A stretch of DNA of 63,518 bases, filler included, from Thermoplasmatota archaeon (GCA_041623215.1; 13 parts of 13 records of this genome joined end to end with filler, not necessarily neighbours in it), one strand, 5' to 3'. Numbered from the whole stretch's first letter, positions 39,742 to 49,407 are shown. Translations and numbers: made by a program. The notes: generated from the sequence alone by a model not told the origin.

Positions 39742-39927
39742 ATCGGCCAGGATTCCACGTCGCAAGGGGTGCCCGATGGCGACCCGCCGCCGGCAGCGCC
39801 GCCCGCCGCGCCTGCCCTTGCAACGCGTGGACCCGCCTCGGCAACCGTGCCATCGCAAACCATAGTCGTGAACCCCGTCCAGCAACTCCACGACGAAGTT
39901 GACGCGCTGCTGGCCCGCGTCCTATAG
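39742..39927 (+). CDS. 3' end of the MFS transporter that begins at 57175
   Basis: 39742-39882 is identical to 58648-58788 and continues in frame QLHDEVDALLARVL*. Confidence 0.9.
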   Translation: MGQDSTSQGVPDGDPPPAAPPAAPALATRGPASATVPSQTIVVNPVQQLHDEVDALLARVL

Positions 39928-40047
39928 CCCCTTGCAAATCCGGTCCCGTTCGGGCACAAGTAGGCCGGGAATCGGCATCCAAGGTGCGCCGCTTTTCATG
40001 ACGTCGCGGGAGTGTTCTTATGGCAAATGTACGCTCAGCCACTCACG

Positions 40048-40575
40048 ATGAAGGTGGTGGCGATTACGCTAGCAATTCTGATGTTGGCTTCAGCACCAAG
40101 CTCCGCGTGGCACAACGAGGATAACACGAGTTGCGTTGCCATTCCCGAGTACTGTGTGACGGTCACCTTCACCGACCTGAGCTTCGCCTGCCATGATACG
40201 GCCGACGCATTCGCCTGCCAGCTCCAGGGCACGGCGCTGGCCGTAGCAACAGGACCCGATTACCTAGGGGGCGCACTGGAATCCGAACTGTATGGCCACG
40301 TTAGTGGCTGCGCCGAGGTATGTGCCAACGTCAACCATGGCGAGTATCCCTCCTGCACGTGGGAGGCTGGCGAGGGTGGATGCCAGGTTGAACGGCAGCT
40401 TAGCGTGGTTTGGCACGCGGACACCCGGCCGACCGAATGCAAATTCATAACGGCAAGCGCATTCTTGAGAGCCCGCACCTATGAGCCGACCCTTGGCACG
40501 TTGGACTCCCCGGTTGTCTTCCGGGCACAGGAAAGTACTGGGGGTCAGGACTTCATGACTAGGCACTGCCCGTAA
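40048..40575 (+). CDS. secreted Cys-rich hypothetical protein
   Basis: Signal peptide MKVVAITLAILMLASAPSSA; 10 Cys in the mature part. Confidence 0.7.
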   Translation: MKVVAITLAILMLASAPSSAWHNEDNTSCVAIPEYCVTVTFTDLSFACHDTADAFACQLQGTALAVATGPDYLGGALESELYGHVSGCAEVCANVNHGEYPSCTWEAGEGGCQVERQLSVVWHADTRPTECKFITASAFLRARTYEPTLGTLDSPVVFRAQESTGGQDFMTRHCP

Positions 40576-40620
40576 GGGAACCGATGCTGGAGCGGGGGGC
40601 TGCCGACCAAGGACCCAATG

Positions 40621-40637
40621 TGTACAGTGCTTGCACA
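40621..40637 (+). promoter_or_regulatory. putative operator TGTACA-N5-TGCACA
   Basis: Near-palindrome ending 35 nt before ATG 40672; the same motif and spacing occur at 42605-42621. Confidence 0.65.
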
Positions 40638-40671
40638 GCAACCACATACCCGGCAGGGCCGATGGCGTTGC

Positions 40672-41127
40672 ATGCGCTTGCTAACCAAGTTCATCATTAC
40701 GACGCTTGTATTCGGTTTTGCAGGATTCCTGCTCAACCCTGCTGCCCCCCTCGGAGAAGCCCTTTGGGGTTCCATGCCTGAAGGACCAGAGCCAGTCGGT
40801 GTGCAACTGCCGCTGCTGATGCTCTACACAGCCCTCAGCTCTTTTGCGATGGGCTTTGGCATTGCGTACTGGGCCTTTGCCATGCGCTGGACCCGCCAAG
40901 TGTTTCCTTCGTGGACCGTAGCCGCCCATGTCGCCGTTGGCTGGATTCCCGCAACCTTTTGGATTCACGACAGCCTTCACATGATGAACGGTGAGAACAT
41001 GGCGGGCCTCATTGCTCTCGAGTACGGCTTCCATATTCCCACCATCCTTGCCGGCGTCATCATTGCGACGGCCACGGTCCGAGGTGTGCAGGAACGCAAA
41101 GTTCGACCGGCGTACGCATCAGCCTAA
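40672..41127 (+). CDS. hypothetical four-TM membrane protein
   Basis: Four hydrophobic helices with His motifs HDSLH and EYGFH. Confidence 0.75.
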   Translation: MRLLTKFIITTLVFGFAGFLLNPAAPLGEALWGSMPEGPEPVGVQLPLLMLYTALSSFAMGFGIAYWAFAMRWTRQVFPSWTVAAHVAVGWIPATFWIHDSLHMMNGENMAGLIALEYGFHIPTILAGVIIATATVRGVQERKVRPAYASA

Positions 41128-41164
41128 GGATAGACTGAAGAGCCACCTTTTCCCTCCATCTATA

Positions 41165-42094
41165 ATGGATGAAGTTGACGCCAAGATCTTACGCCTGCTT
41201 CAATGGAATCCATTGAACCCCGTGGACAATGGTCATGCCCCCTATGGGATCTGGGACGTTGCCCGCGAGCTAGGCATTCATGGTAACTCCGTGAAGCGCC
41301 GTCTCCAGACCATGGTGGATGACGGCGTTGTGTCGGGGTTTACGCTGTTTCCGGAGGCCGGCATCACGGGCCTTAGAGCGTCCTTCGTTGCGTTTGCCTT
41401 TGACGATGACCAAGATTGCGACCTAGCTGCGGATGCGGTGTTTGGGCGATGCCCGCCGGGCTCGTCGATGCGCACATCTGACCGCGAAATACGATACAAC
41501 ATCGTTGTGCCCAGCGGTGCCAGCATCGACGACGAAGCGCGGCGGTTTTGCGAGGAATCGGGGGCGACCGGCTATCATTTGATTACATCACGAAATTGGC
41601 CTATTGACGAGCTGACGGACCTAGAGCGCCGGGTGCTCAATCAGATGCATCGAAATGTCATGGCAAGTCCCCCAGATATTGCCAACGCCGTGGGCGTGAC
41701 ACCAAAAACGGTTCGACGATGCGTTCGTGGTCTGCGCGACAAGAGGGCGTTTTGCCTGTGCGCCCTCGTGGATTACACGAAGGTTTCGGGCCTTGTTACA
41801 GCCATCATTGAAGTGGAAGCGGAGGACGACGTGGCGGTCCGGGAGGCGGTGCTGCGAGCGTTTCCCGATTTGTTATCCGAGGGGACTTGGACCGCCCGCC
41901 GGCATACATTTTCCGTTTTTGCCAAGAATCAGGAGGAGATTGGGCACATCATGGCTGAAATGCGGACCATTCGAGGCGTTCGGCAAGCGCGTCTTGTGGT
42001 TCCGCTGCGCATGCAGTTCCGTGCGCTGCCTAGCGGACTTGAAGACCTTGTCAACAGCCTCGCATCGGCGCAACTTGCAACGGTAGCGAGCTAA
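41165..42094 (+). CDS. double wHTH Lrp/AsnC-like transcriptional regulator
   Basis: MDEVDAKILRLL...VARELGIHGNSVKRRL and a second HTH LTDLERRVL...IANAVGVTPKTVRR. Confidence 0.88.
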   Translation: MDEVDAKILRLLQWNPLNPVDNGHAPYGIWDVARELGIHGNSVKRRLQTMVDDGVVSGFTLFPEAGITGLRASFVAFAFDDDQDCDLAADAVFGRCPPGSSMRTSDREIRYNIVVPSGASIDDEARRFCEESGATGYHLITSRNWPIDELTDLERRVLNQMHRNVMASPPDIANAVGVTPKTVRRCVRGLRDKRAFCLCALVDYTKVSGLVTAIIEVEAEDDVAVREAVLRAFPDLLSEGTWTARRHTFSVFAKNQEEIGHIMAEMRTIRGVRQARLVVPLRMQFRALPSGLEDLVNSLASAQLATVAS

Positions 42095-42096
42095 CC

Positions 42097-42570
42097 TTAG
42101 ACTACGTGTCTTAGCGCCATGGCCAAAAACGCCACGGTCACGAGAATTGCGGACCAAGTGGTGTGGCGCTCTAGGCCGCGTGCGAGATGCAAGATCTGCT
42201 CGTGGGTGCCATCCGCCACGGCGGCCTTGAGGCGCTTTTCGGCGGGCGCGTGCAGGAAAATGCCCATGAGCATGGCGCTAAGGCCAAGCAATGCACCTAG
42301 GGTCACGAATAAGCCGGCGGAGGTTCCAGGAGAAATCCCTAGGCGCCAATACAGAGCGGCGCCACTGAGGATCGTTAGCATGCTGGCCGGAGCAAACCAT
42401 CGTGCGCCGCCGCCTTGGCGGGTGAAGGTGCGAATGATTTCTACGCCTGCGGGCCCGGATGCCTTCAGGGCCGGTGAGACCATGAGGCGGTCGTACCAGC
42501 CGGCTCCAAACCAACAAGCCGCCGCGAGCAGGTGGACGGTCAACAACAAGGCATTGATACTGAAGGCCAT
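42097..42570 (-). CDS. four-TM membrane protein (DUF2269/CopD-like)
   Basis: LLTVHLLAAACWFG...LTILSGAAL pattern. Confidence 0.75.
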   Translation of the reverse strand: MAFSINALLLTVHLLAAACWFGAGWYDRLMVSPALKASGPAGVEIIRTFTRQGGGARWFAPASMLTILSGAALYWRLGISPGTSAGLFVTLGALLGLSAMLMGIFLHAPAEKRLKAAVADGTHEQILHLARGLERHTTWSAILVTVAFLAMALRHVV

Positions 42571-42604
42571 GGGCTTTGGATTGGACGGTTGCACATAGGG
42601 TTCC

Positions 42605-42621
42605 TGCACAGGCCATGTACA
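42605..42621 (-). promoter_or_regulatory. putative operator TGTACA-N5-TGTGCA (minus strand)
   Basis: Proximal edge is 35 nt before ATG 42570; flanks CCCAAT...G.AACC are shared with the 40621 site. Confidence 0.65.
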
Positions 42622-42673
42622 ATTGGGGACCACGGAACAAACTTTGATGGCCCTGAAGGGCGCTGCCCCAACC

Positions 42674-43603
42674 ATGGATGAGGTGGATGCAACCATCCTG
42701 CGTCTGCTGGCCTGGCACCCGTTGCACCCGGTCGACGGCCGTCGCGTCCCGTACGGCTTGTGGGACATTGCACGTCAGTTAGATGTGCATGGCAACACGG
42801 TGAAGCGACGTTTGGCAGACCTGGAAGATGAGGGAATCTTACAGGGGCTTGGGTTGTTTCCCAATGGTGCCGACATCGGTATCGACGTGTACGGCGTGCT
42901 CTTGCAATTTGACGATGCCCCCTCCTGTCGGGCGGCCGAGGAAGCCATCTTGGAGCTCAACCGCCCGGGAGGGCTCACCCGCTTTGGCGGAAATCGGCTG
43001 CTCACGAACATCCTGGTGGGGCGCGAAGAGCAAGTTGCCGATGCAGCGGAGGCGTGCCGCAGCAAGCACAACGCCGTGTCCTGCGATGTCATGACGCCGC
43101 GTGCCTGGGGCCCGGCGGAGTTGACTGACCTAGAACATCGGGTTCTCATGCGATTGGTTGCAGATCCTCTGGCCACCCCTCCCGAGGTCGCGGACGCGGT
43201 CGGAGTTACGCCAAAAACGGCGCGGCGCTGCATTGTGTCCCTGCGCGCCAAACAGGCGTTCTTGGTCGTACCGCTGACCAACTACGCACAGGCGACCGGC
43301 ATGGTTGCCGTCAACCTTGAGATAGAGGGGTCGGCGCAGGCATATCGCCGGGCGATGGAGGCCGTGCCCGACCTCGTGATGGCAGGCACACTCGACGCTG
43401 CGGTCCTCTCCTTGCATGGCTTTGCCGCAACCTTGGGTGAGCAGGCCTCCATGGTAGAGCGCCTCCGGTCCGTGCCGGGCGTCACGCGCGTAGATGCCAC
43501 CGTCATTGAATCCTGGCACTGGACTGGAACGCGCCCGTTGGCGCGCGCCGTGTCGGAAGGCCTCGCCGGCATGGAACAATGGGTCGAACGCCCGCCCGGC
43601 TGA
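42674..43603 (+). CDS. double wHTH Lrp/AsnC-like regulator, paralog of 41165-42094
   Basis: MDEVDATILRLL...PYGLWDIARQLDVHGNTVKRRL; ELTDLE...AVGVTPKTARRC. Confidence 0.88.
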   Translation: MDEVDATILRLLAWHPLHPVDGRRVPYGLWDIARQLDVHGNTVKRRLADLEDEGILQGLGLFPNGADIGIDVYGVLLQFDDAPSCRAAEEAILELNRPGGLTRFGGNRLLTNILVGREEQVADAAEACRSKHNAVSCDVMTPRAWGPAELTDLEHRVLMRLVADPLATPPEVADAVGVTPKTARRCIVSLRAKQAFLVVPLTNYAQATGMVAVNLEIEGSAQAYRRAMEAVPDLVMAGTLDAAVLSLHGFAATLGEQASMVERLRSVPGVTRVDATVIESWHWTGTRPLARAVSEGLAGMEQWVERPPG

Positions 43604-43675
43604 TGGGGCCGTTGGTCCCCGAACCGGACGCCACGTGCACAACATGGCCAATAGCCATCGCGCCTTTGCGGTAGC

Positions 43676-44245
43676 ATGGAGATGACGCGCGTCGCCATCG
43701 GCCTAACCATGACGGGCATGGTGCTCTTCGGAGTCTACCACTGGTTCTTCGTTGCCCCCGTGGCCGCAGTCTTCGTGGAGGGCGTTCTTTGGGCGACGGC
43801 TGCCGGTTTTGCGATGGCATGGGCTTTCCAACGCACCATGCTCGACCGCGGCCGCAGAGGATTGGCGGCTGGTTTGCTTTTCGGGGCGCTGTTTGCCGCC
43901 ACGTTGGTGCCGTACGAACTGGCCGGCCTCATAGTGGGACCCTTGAGGGTCGAGGAACCGGGTCAGATTCTGACGGCGCTCCCGTTCGCCTTTCTTGGCG
44001 TGCCCTTTGCGGTGCTCATTGGTTGGCGTCTGGAGGGTCGATGGTCCTGGTCCTTTCTTGTCATGGTGCTATCTGTGCACTTCATGATTGGCGGCAGTCT
44101 CACCAACTTCGGGGGCCGTGGCACAAGTTTTGTGCTGTTTGCCGGCTTCTTTGTGTTGGAGATTGTGGCCGGTGCCGTGTTGGGTTGGGCATCCGGCAGA
44201 GGCGCTCCGGCGCGGGATGGCGCGGCGGCGTCGGCCCCGGCGTGA
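43676..44245 (+). CDS. hypothetical membrane protein with about six TMs
   Basis: Hydrophobic throughout; TGCACA half-site 35 nt upstream. Confidence 0.75.
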   Translation: MEMTRVAIGLTMTGMVLFGVYHWFFVAPVAAVFVEGVLWATAAGFAMAWAFQRTMLDRGRRGLAAGLLFGALFAATLVPYELAGLIVGPLRVEEPGQILTALPFAFLGVPFAVLIGWRLEGRWSWSFLVMVLSVHFMIGGSLTNFGGRGTSFVLFAGFFVLEIVAGAVLGWASGRGAPARDGAAASAPA

Positions 44246-44278
44246 TAGTTTGGCCCTTAGATTCAAGGCGCCAACGGG

Positions 44279-44476
44279 TCACGGGTGCTGCTTAACGGCG
44301 GCCACCAGGCCTTCCGGGTCGTCAACGCTCACCCAAAGCGAGGAGTGGCCATCGCGGACGATGACCTTGCCGACCTTCTCCTTGAACTGAAGCGTCACGC
44401 CCCGGCGATGATTGGTGCCAAAAGTGATGCCATCATCTGTGAAGCTGAGGCGAAGTCCGACGGCTGTGTACCAACG
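44279..44476 (-). CDS. hypothetical protein, C-terminal fragment
   Basis: Manual translation RWYTAVGLRLSFTDDGITFGTN...LWVSVDDPEGLVAAVKQHP*. Confidence 0.6.
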   Translation of the reverse strand, partial: RWYTAVGLRLSFTDDGITFGTNHRRGVTLQFKEKVGKVIVRDGHSSLWVSVDDPEGLVAAVKQHP

Positions 44477-44577
44477 GNNNNNNNNNNNNNNNNNNNNNNN
44501 NNNNNNNNNNNNNNNNNNNNNTTAATTAATTAANNNNNNNNNNNNNNNNNNNNNNNNNNNNNNNNNNNNNNNNNNNN

Positions 44578-46719
44578 CTAGCGGCGCCGCAGGGCCGTGG
44601 CAATCAAGGCGGCGAAACCGATGGCCAAGAACGTCACGGTGACTGGGGCAGGCGTATCCTGGTCGGGGGATGTGGGCCCCTCGGTCACGGTAACTTCGGC
44701 GCTGGTTTGGGCGTGGCGCTCTTCGTCAAGGATGCTGGTTGCCCGGACCAACACGAGGTTGGTTCCTGGCCGCTCGCCGACGTGCAGGTGAACCTCAATG
44801 GGCAGCTGGGTGCCACCGGCGATGGCGATTTCCTCGTCCGCTTGCGATAGCTCGTAGCTCCAACCATCGGGCACGGTGACCTCCAAACGGACGCGGTCGC
44901 GGACGTTCCCGGCATTGGTTAGGGTCACTGACAGCGTGGTGTTGCCGTTGGCCTCGACGGCCGGTGGTGGCGTTGACGTCAGGCCCAGACCGTAGGTCGC
45001 CCCCACCGTGGCGGTCAGCTGGAGGGCTTGGTCGGCGCCCCGCACCGTCACGTGGGCAGAGTCATCGTGCGCGGCGGCCTCGGGGGCGGTCACGGTCACG
45101 GTCGCGCGTCCCGTTTGGCCGGGCCGCAGGTCGAACGCGGCGGGCGCTATGGAGACGTTCCATCCTTCGCGGTCAATGGTGGCAGACATGCTGGCGATGC
45201 CGGCCACATTGCCCGTATTGGCCAGCCGCACGTCGAAATCAACAGACCCGCCCTGGTCGATGCCCTTCTCCGTGCTGCGCGATGACAAGTCCCATCCGAC
45301 GACTTCTCGCACGGTGACAGGAAGGACGACTGTCGAACCCGCCTGCATGCGAACTTCGTGTGTGCCGGCCGGCGTGCCTGCCGGAATGGACCACGACAGA
45401 TTACCAGTTGCGGATTCGCCCGGCGCCAAGAAGAACGATGCCGGGGCCGCGGACGCCTGCAAGGAGCCGGCTTGCACGGAAACGTCGAGCGTATCGGGTC
45501 GGTTACCCGTGTTTGTCACCGTGAAGGCTCGTTTCCCGGCATCCCCCGGGTCGCCCGAAGCAGGTGCCGCATCCATGGCGACCTGGAACCCTTTGAGTAC
45601 AGAATAGAGGCGGAGTTGGTTTCCTTCGGCCACCGCCAGGCGTGAACCGTCGGGCGCCATGGACAGGTGGTCAACCGTTCGTTCGTCGTGCCACCAAAGC
45701 GTCGGCCCGTGGGTGCCGTAGTAGCGTAGGCCATCGCGCGCCACGACCGCCATCTCGGACCCGTCGGCCGTCAAGTGCAACGATTGGGCGCCCGACAGTT
45801 GCAGGGTTGGCGTCGCCAGTGCCGGGTTTGCAACGTCGTTGTAGATGCGCACGTTGCCAGTTGCATCGAGCGTCGCAAGTTTCGAGCCGTCGGGCGTAGC
45901 GGCCACAGACAGCATGCGACTACTGGTTGGTTTGAGGTTCCACGTTGGCGTGGTGTCATTGTGGTGGAAGGCGTAGGTTTTGCCGTCGCCGCCGGCCACC
46001 AATTGCCAGGAGCCTGCCTGCGCCATGGCCTGGGCCGCGCCGTCGATGGGCCGTTCAACGAGTTCACCCATGGGTGAAATGTGGAAGGAGCCACTGTGAA
46101 TGCCGGTTACTGTGCCATTGTTTGACGTGTGGAGCACGGACGCGTGTCCCCGTCCAGCCGACGAGAAGGTGGTGTTCCAGCGCTCCTGCCCGTTCCAAGA
46201 AAAGGAGGTAACATGGCCTGGGGTTAACACCTGGTCATCCGCCCAGGCCACCGCCACATGGGTCCCGTTGTCGTTGATGGAGAGCGCTCGGACCGTGCCG
46301 GGCAACTCCACCGTACGCTGCGGGCCAGCCGCCACGTGAGCAAACAGCAGGCGGCTGCTGTCGCCGTCATCATCGTTAGCTGCCACCACGACGCGACCGT
46401 TTTCTGCCATGTCGATGGCGACAATGTGGGCCTTGCACGCCTCACCGCTGAGGGTGCCCGGACTCGGACAACCCGGTGCATCGGCATCGTCCACGCGCCG
46501 CAGGACGCTACCTTCATCCCACACGTACCAAACGTCGCGTTGTGTGCCGTCGCCCCAGGGGACAAGGCCACCTGCGTCGGCGGTACCTGCGACCGTCCAG
46601 CCATCGCGCATTGCCAGCGCCGTGATGTCACTCTCCGTCTCCAGTTGGGTCGTTTCGCCTGGGTCGATGGTGATGGCACCCGCCAAAAGGACAGCTGCCA
46701 GGAAAAGCGCGGCTCGCAC
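44578..46719 (-). CDS. surface protein: beta-propeller, three NEW3/CARDB-like Ig domains, C-terminal sorting/TM tail
   Basis: Signal peptide; WD-like repeats (ATPDGSKLA, MAPDGSRLA); three TNTGN/ANTGN/TNAGN domains; DTPAP-TM-RRR tail. Confidence 0.85.
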   Translation of the reverse strand: MRAALFLAAVLLAGAITIDPGETTQLETESDITALAMRDGWTVAGTADAGGLVPWGDGTQRDVWYVWDEGSVLRRVDDADAPGCPSPGTLSGEACKAHIVAIDMAENGRVVVAANDDDGDSSRLLFAHVAAGPQRTVELPGTVRALSINDNGTHVAVAWADDQVLTPGHVTSFSWNGQERWNTTFSSAGRGHASVLHTSNNGTVTGIHSGSFHISPMGELVERPIDGAAQAMAQAGSWQLVAGGDGKTYAFHHNDTTPTWNLKPTSSRMLSVAATPDGSKLATLDATGNVRIYNDVANPALATPTLQLSGAQSLHLTADGSEMAVVARDGLRYYGTHGPTLWWHDERTVDHLSMAPDGSRLAVAEGNQLRLYSVLKGFQVAMDAAPASGDPGDAGKRAFTVTNTGNRPDTLDVSVQAGSLQASAAPASFFLAPGESATGNLSWSIPAGTPAGTHEVRMQAGSTVVLPVTVREVVGWDLSSRSTEKGIDQGGSVDFDVRLANTGNVAGIASMSATIDREGWNVSIAPAAFDLRPGQTGRATVTVTAPEAAAHDDSAHVTVRGADQALQLTATVGATYGLGLTSTPPPAVEANGNTTLSVTLTNAGNVRDRVRLEVTVPDGWSYELSQADEEIAIAGGTQLPIEVHLHVGERPGTNLVLVRATSILDEERHAQTSAEVTVTEGPTSPDQDTPAPVTVTFLAIGFAALIATALRRR

Positions 46720-46847
46720 ACACAAGAACAGGCGCCCGAAACACTTGGGAATGGGTGCCCGGGCCGCAGGGGATGGGCGCACGTTGCCCTCAAGACCCCC
46801 TGCGGCCTTGTCCCCTCGTGGAAATTGAAGCGGTCCCAGGGAGCGTC

Positions 46848-47321
46848 GTGATTCGGCCAGTGACCGATATTGGCCATTTCGATGCCGCGGCCCGCCTGAT
46901 TCGGGCCTATGGTCGGGAATGGGGCCACGAGCTCGGGTCGCAAGACCTCGATGCGGAAGCCCACGCCTTGATGGCCATCTACGCACCGCCTGACGGCGCC
47001 CTATTCCTGGCCACCGTAGAAGATACGGCCGTTGGGGTCGTGGCGTGGGAGCGCCTGGAAGAGGACCGGGAGACGTGCCGCATGAAGCGGATGTATGTGG
47101 ATCCAGCCGCACGTGGCGCCGGTGCAGGCCGAGCCTTGGCTCACGCCGTCGTGAAAGCGGCGACGGACGCTGGCTTTCGGCGCATGGTGTTGGACACGAC
47201 GGAAAGCATGGATGCCGCACGGGCCCTGTACGAGGACGTGGGCTTCGTCGTCGTGGAGCCAGATTGGACCAGCCCGTGCCGTGCTCCGGTGTTCATGGCT
47301 GCCGACTTGGGGCGTGGCTGA
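46848..47321 (+). CDS. GNAT acetyltransferase
   Basis: MKRMYVDPAARGAGAG, LDTTESMDAARALYE. Confidence 0.9.
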   Translation: MIRPVTDIGHFDAAARLIRAYGREWGHELGSQDLDAEAHALMAIYAPPDGALFLATVEDTAVGVVAWERLEEDRETCRMKRMYVDPAARGAGAGRALAHAVVKAATDAGFRRMVLDTTESMDAARALYEDVGFVVVEPDWTSPCRAPVFMAADLGRG

Positions 47322-47464
47322 CCCCGCCTTTCGTGGGCGGGACGAGCCTGCTTCGGGAATACTGGGGCCCCTTGTCTAGGGACACCTTGTCGCCTGGCGC
47401 ACCTAGTTGGCACCGTGGCGGCGCGCATTCGCTTTTTCAAGTCAGTCCCGGTCGCCGGTTCAAC

Positions 47465-47944
47465 ATGAGCCCCCAGGTCATGATTCTCATGGGAAGCAAA
47501 TCCGATTTGGCTGTCGGCCAGAAAGTCACCAAGGTCCTCGATGAGCTTGGTGTGAGCCACGAACTACATGTTGCAAGTGCCCACCGGACGCCGGCCTACG
47601 TTGAGGAACTGGTACGTGACCGTGGCGCGGAAGTGTTTGTGGGCATCGCCGGTGTTGCGGCAGCCCTGCCCGGTGTCATCGCGGCCCTCACGACGAAGCC
47701 GGTCATTGGCGTGCCCGTGGGTGGCAAAGTGCCCTACGATTCCCTGCTGTCCATCGTACAAATGCCGCCTGGCATCCCTGTTGCCACCGTCGGCGTGGAC
47801 CGTGGCGACAACGCCGGTTTCCTGGCTGCGCAAATCTTGGCTGCCAAGGACAACGCACTAGCCGAGCGTCTCGTGGCGCAACGGCGAGCGGCCAGTGAAA
47901 AGGTGTTGGCGGACGACCGCACCATCCAGACCCAGGAAGCCTGA
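47465..47944 (+). CDS. purE: N5-CAIR mutase / AIR carboxylase
   Basis: MGSKSD, VASAHRTP, AALPGVIA, SIVQMPPGIPVATVG. Confidence 0.96.
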   Translation: MSPQVMILMGSKSDLAVGQKVTKVLDELGVSHELHVASAHRTPAYVEELVRDRGAEVFVGIAGVAAALPGVIAALTTKPVIGVPVGGKVPYDSLLSIVQMPPGIPVATVGVDRGDNAGFLAAQILAAKDNALAERLVAQRRAASEKVLADDRTIQTQEA

Positions 47945-47990
47945 GCGCCCAAGCCTTTTCCAGCAGGGCTGACTGGCCCGCCTCGTCGCC

Positions 47991-48950
47991 ATGCTGTTCA
48001 ATGCTGCCGAGTTCGTCGAAGAGGCCGTCGAGGCCGCGCGCGCCAAGATTCAGGACCAACATGCAGTCATTGCTGTTTCAGGTGGCGTCGATTCCAGCGT
48101 AGCTGCGGAAATTGTCAAGGAAGCCATTGGCGACCGGCTCCACGCCATCTACGTGGACACCGGGTTCATGCGCAAGAATGAATCCGAAGATGTGGAAGCG
48201 ATGTACCGACGCATGGGGCTCAACCTCACCGTTGTCCACGCCGCCGAGGAATACTTCGAGGCGCTGGAAGGTGTCACGGAGCCGGAAAAGAAGCGCAAAA
48301 TCATTGGTGAAAAGTTCATTCGCATCTTCGAGCGCGAAGCCGCAAAAACGGGCGCCAAAGTGCTGGTCCAAGGAACCATCGCTCCTGACTGGATTGAGTC
48401 CGGCGGCGGCAACCGTGACACCATCAAGAGCCACCACAACGTGGGAGGCCTGCCTGACGACATGGAGATGGAACTATGCGAGCCCCTGTATGACTTGTAC
48501 AAGGACGAAGTGCGGGCGGTTGCCGAACACTTGGACATCGAGGTCAAGCACCGCCAGCCCTTCCCGGGGCCCGGCCTCGCCGTGCGGGTGATTGGAGAAT
48601 TGCGGCCCGAACGCGTCGCCATTGCGCGGGAAGCGTGCGCCATCGCCGAGGCTGAAATTGACCGGGCCGTAGCGGCAGGCGACATGGAGAAACCATGGCA
48701 ATACTTCGCGGTCCTAACCAACACGCCCACCGTGGGTGTGCAAGGCGACATCCGTGCCTACGGAGAAACGGTGGCCGTCCGTGCGGTACAATCGTTTGAT
48801 GCCATGACGGCGACGGCGACGGAAATTCCCTTCCCGGTTCTTCAGCGCATTGCTCGCGGGATTACCAACCACCCTGATCTCAAGGACAAGGTCAACCGAG
48901 TCGTGTACGACATTACCGACAAGCCACCGGCCACGGTGGAATGGGAATAG
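47991..48950 (+). CDS. guaAB: GMP synthase subunit B (ATP pyrophosphatase)
   Basis: SGGVDSS, QGTIAPDWIES, IKSHHNVGG, HRQPFPGPGL, KPPATVEWE; no GATase domain. Confidence 0.95.
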   Translation: MLFNAAEFVEEAVEAARAKIQDQHAVIAVSGGVDSSVAAEIVKEAIGDRLHAIYVDTGFMRKNESEDVEAMYRRMGLNLTVVHAAEEYFEALEGVTEPEKKRKIIGEKFIRIFEREAAKTGAKVLVQGTIAPDWIESGGGNRDTIKSHHNVGGLPDDMEMELCEPLYDLYKDEVRAVAEHLDIEVKHRQPFPGPGLAVRVIGELRPERVAIAREACAIAEAEIDRAVAAGDMEKPWQYFAVLTNTPTVGVQGDIRAYGETVAVRAVQSFDAMTATATEIPFPVLQRIARGITNHPDLKDKVNRVVYDITDKPPATVEWE

Positions 48951-49037
48951 TTCACACGGTAACCCGTGGCGAACTGTGGCCCTGCCCTGACGCATTGGCC
49001 TGAGGGCGCGGGCGCAATTCCCTGCAACGTGAGGGCG

Positions 49038-49307
49038 CTAATACCGCGCTAGGTCCCAACGCACTTCTTGCTTTGTGAGCTCGAGCGCCGCTGCCTCGCC
49101 AAGGTAGCTAACCTCTAGCTGCTTGACATCCCTGTAAGCTGCGTCATTAAGGGGCATGGGATAGCCGAGCCGCCGTCCCCAGCGAATGAGATAACCCGTG
49201 ATTTGCTCAATCTCCGTGGGCCGCTTCCCGTCGACGTCCTGTACCATGCTGCACCGGTTGGTTTTGGTGGCGACGAGCGTTTGCTTGAGCAGGTCGGATA
49301 AGTCCGC
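49038..49307 (-). CDS. panE: 2-dehydropantoate 2-reductase, C-terminal fragment
   Basis: TKTNRCSMVQDVDGKRPTEIEQITG matches the SMxQD...TEI motif. Confidence 0.82.
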   Translation of the reverse strand, partial: ADLSDLLKQTLVATKTNRCSMVQDVDGKRPTEIEQITGYLIRWGRRLGYPMPLNDAAYRDVKQLEVSYLGEAAALELTKQEVRWDLARY

Positions 49308-49407
49308 NNNNNNNNNNNNNNNNNNNNNNNNNNNNNNNNNNNNNNNNNNNNTTAATTAATTAANNNNNNNNNNNNNNNNNNNNNNNNNNNNNNNNNNNNN
49401 NNNNNNN

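Noticed and set aside
46720..47220. Long N-terminal extensions in the ORF track (also thrC, aconitase, purE, the regulators and purN)
   Set aside because: They overlap neighbouring genes or promoters; family N-termini and promoter spacing favour downstream starts.
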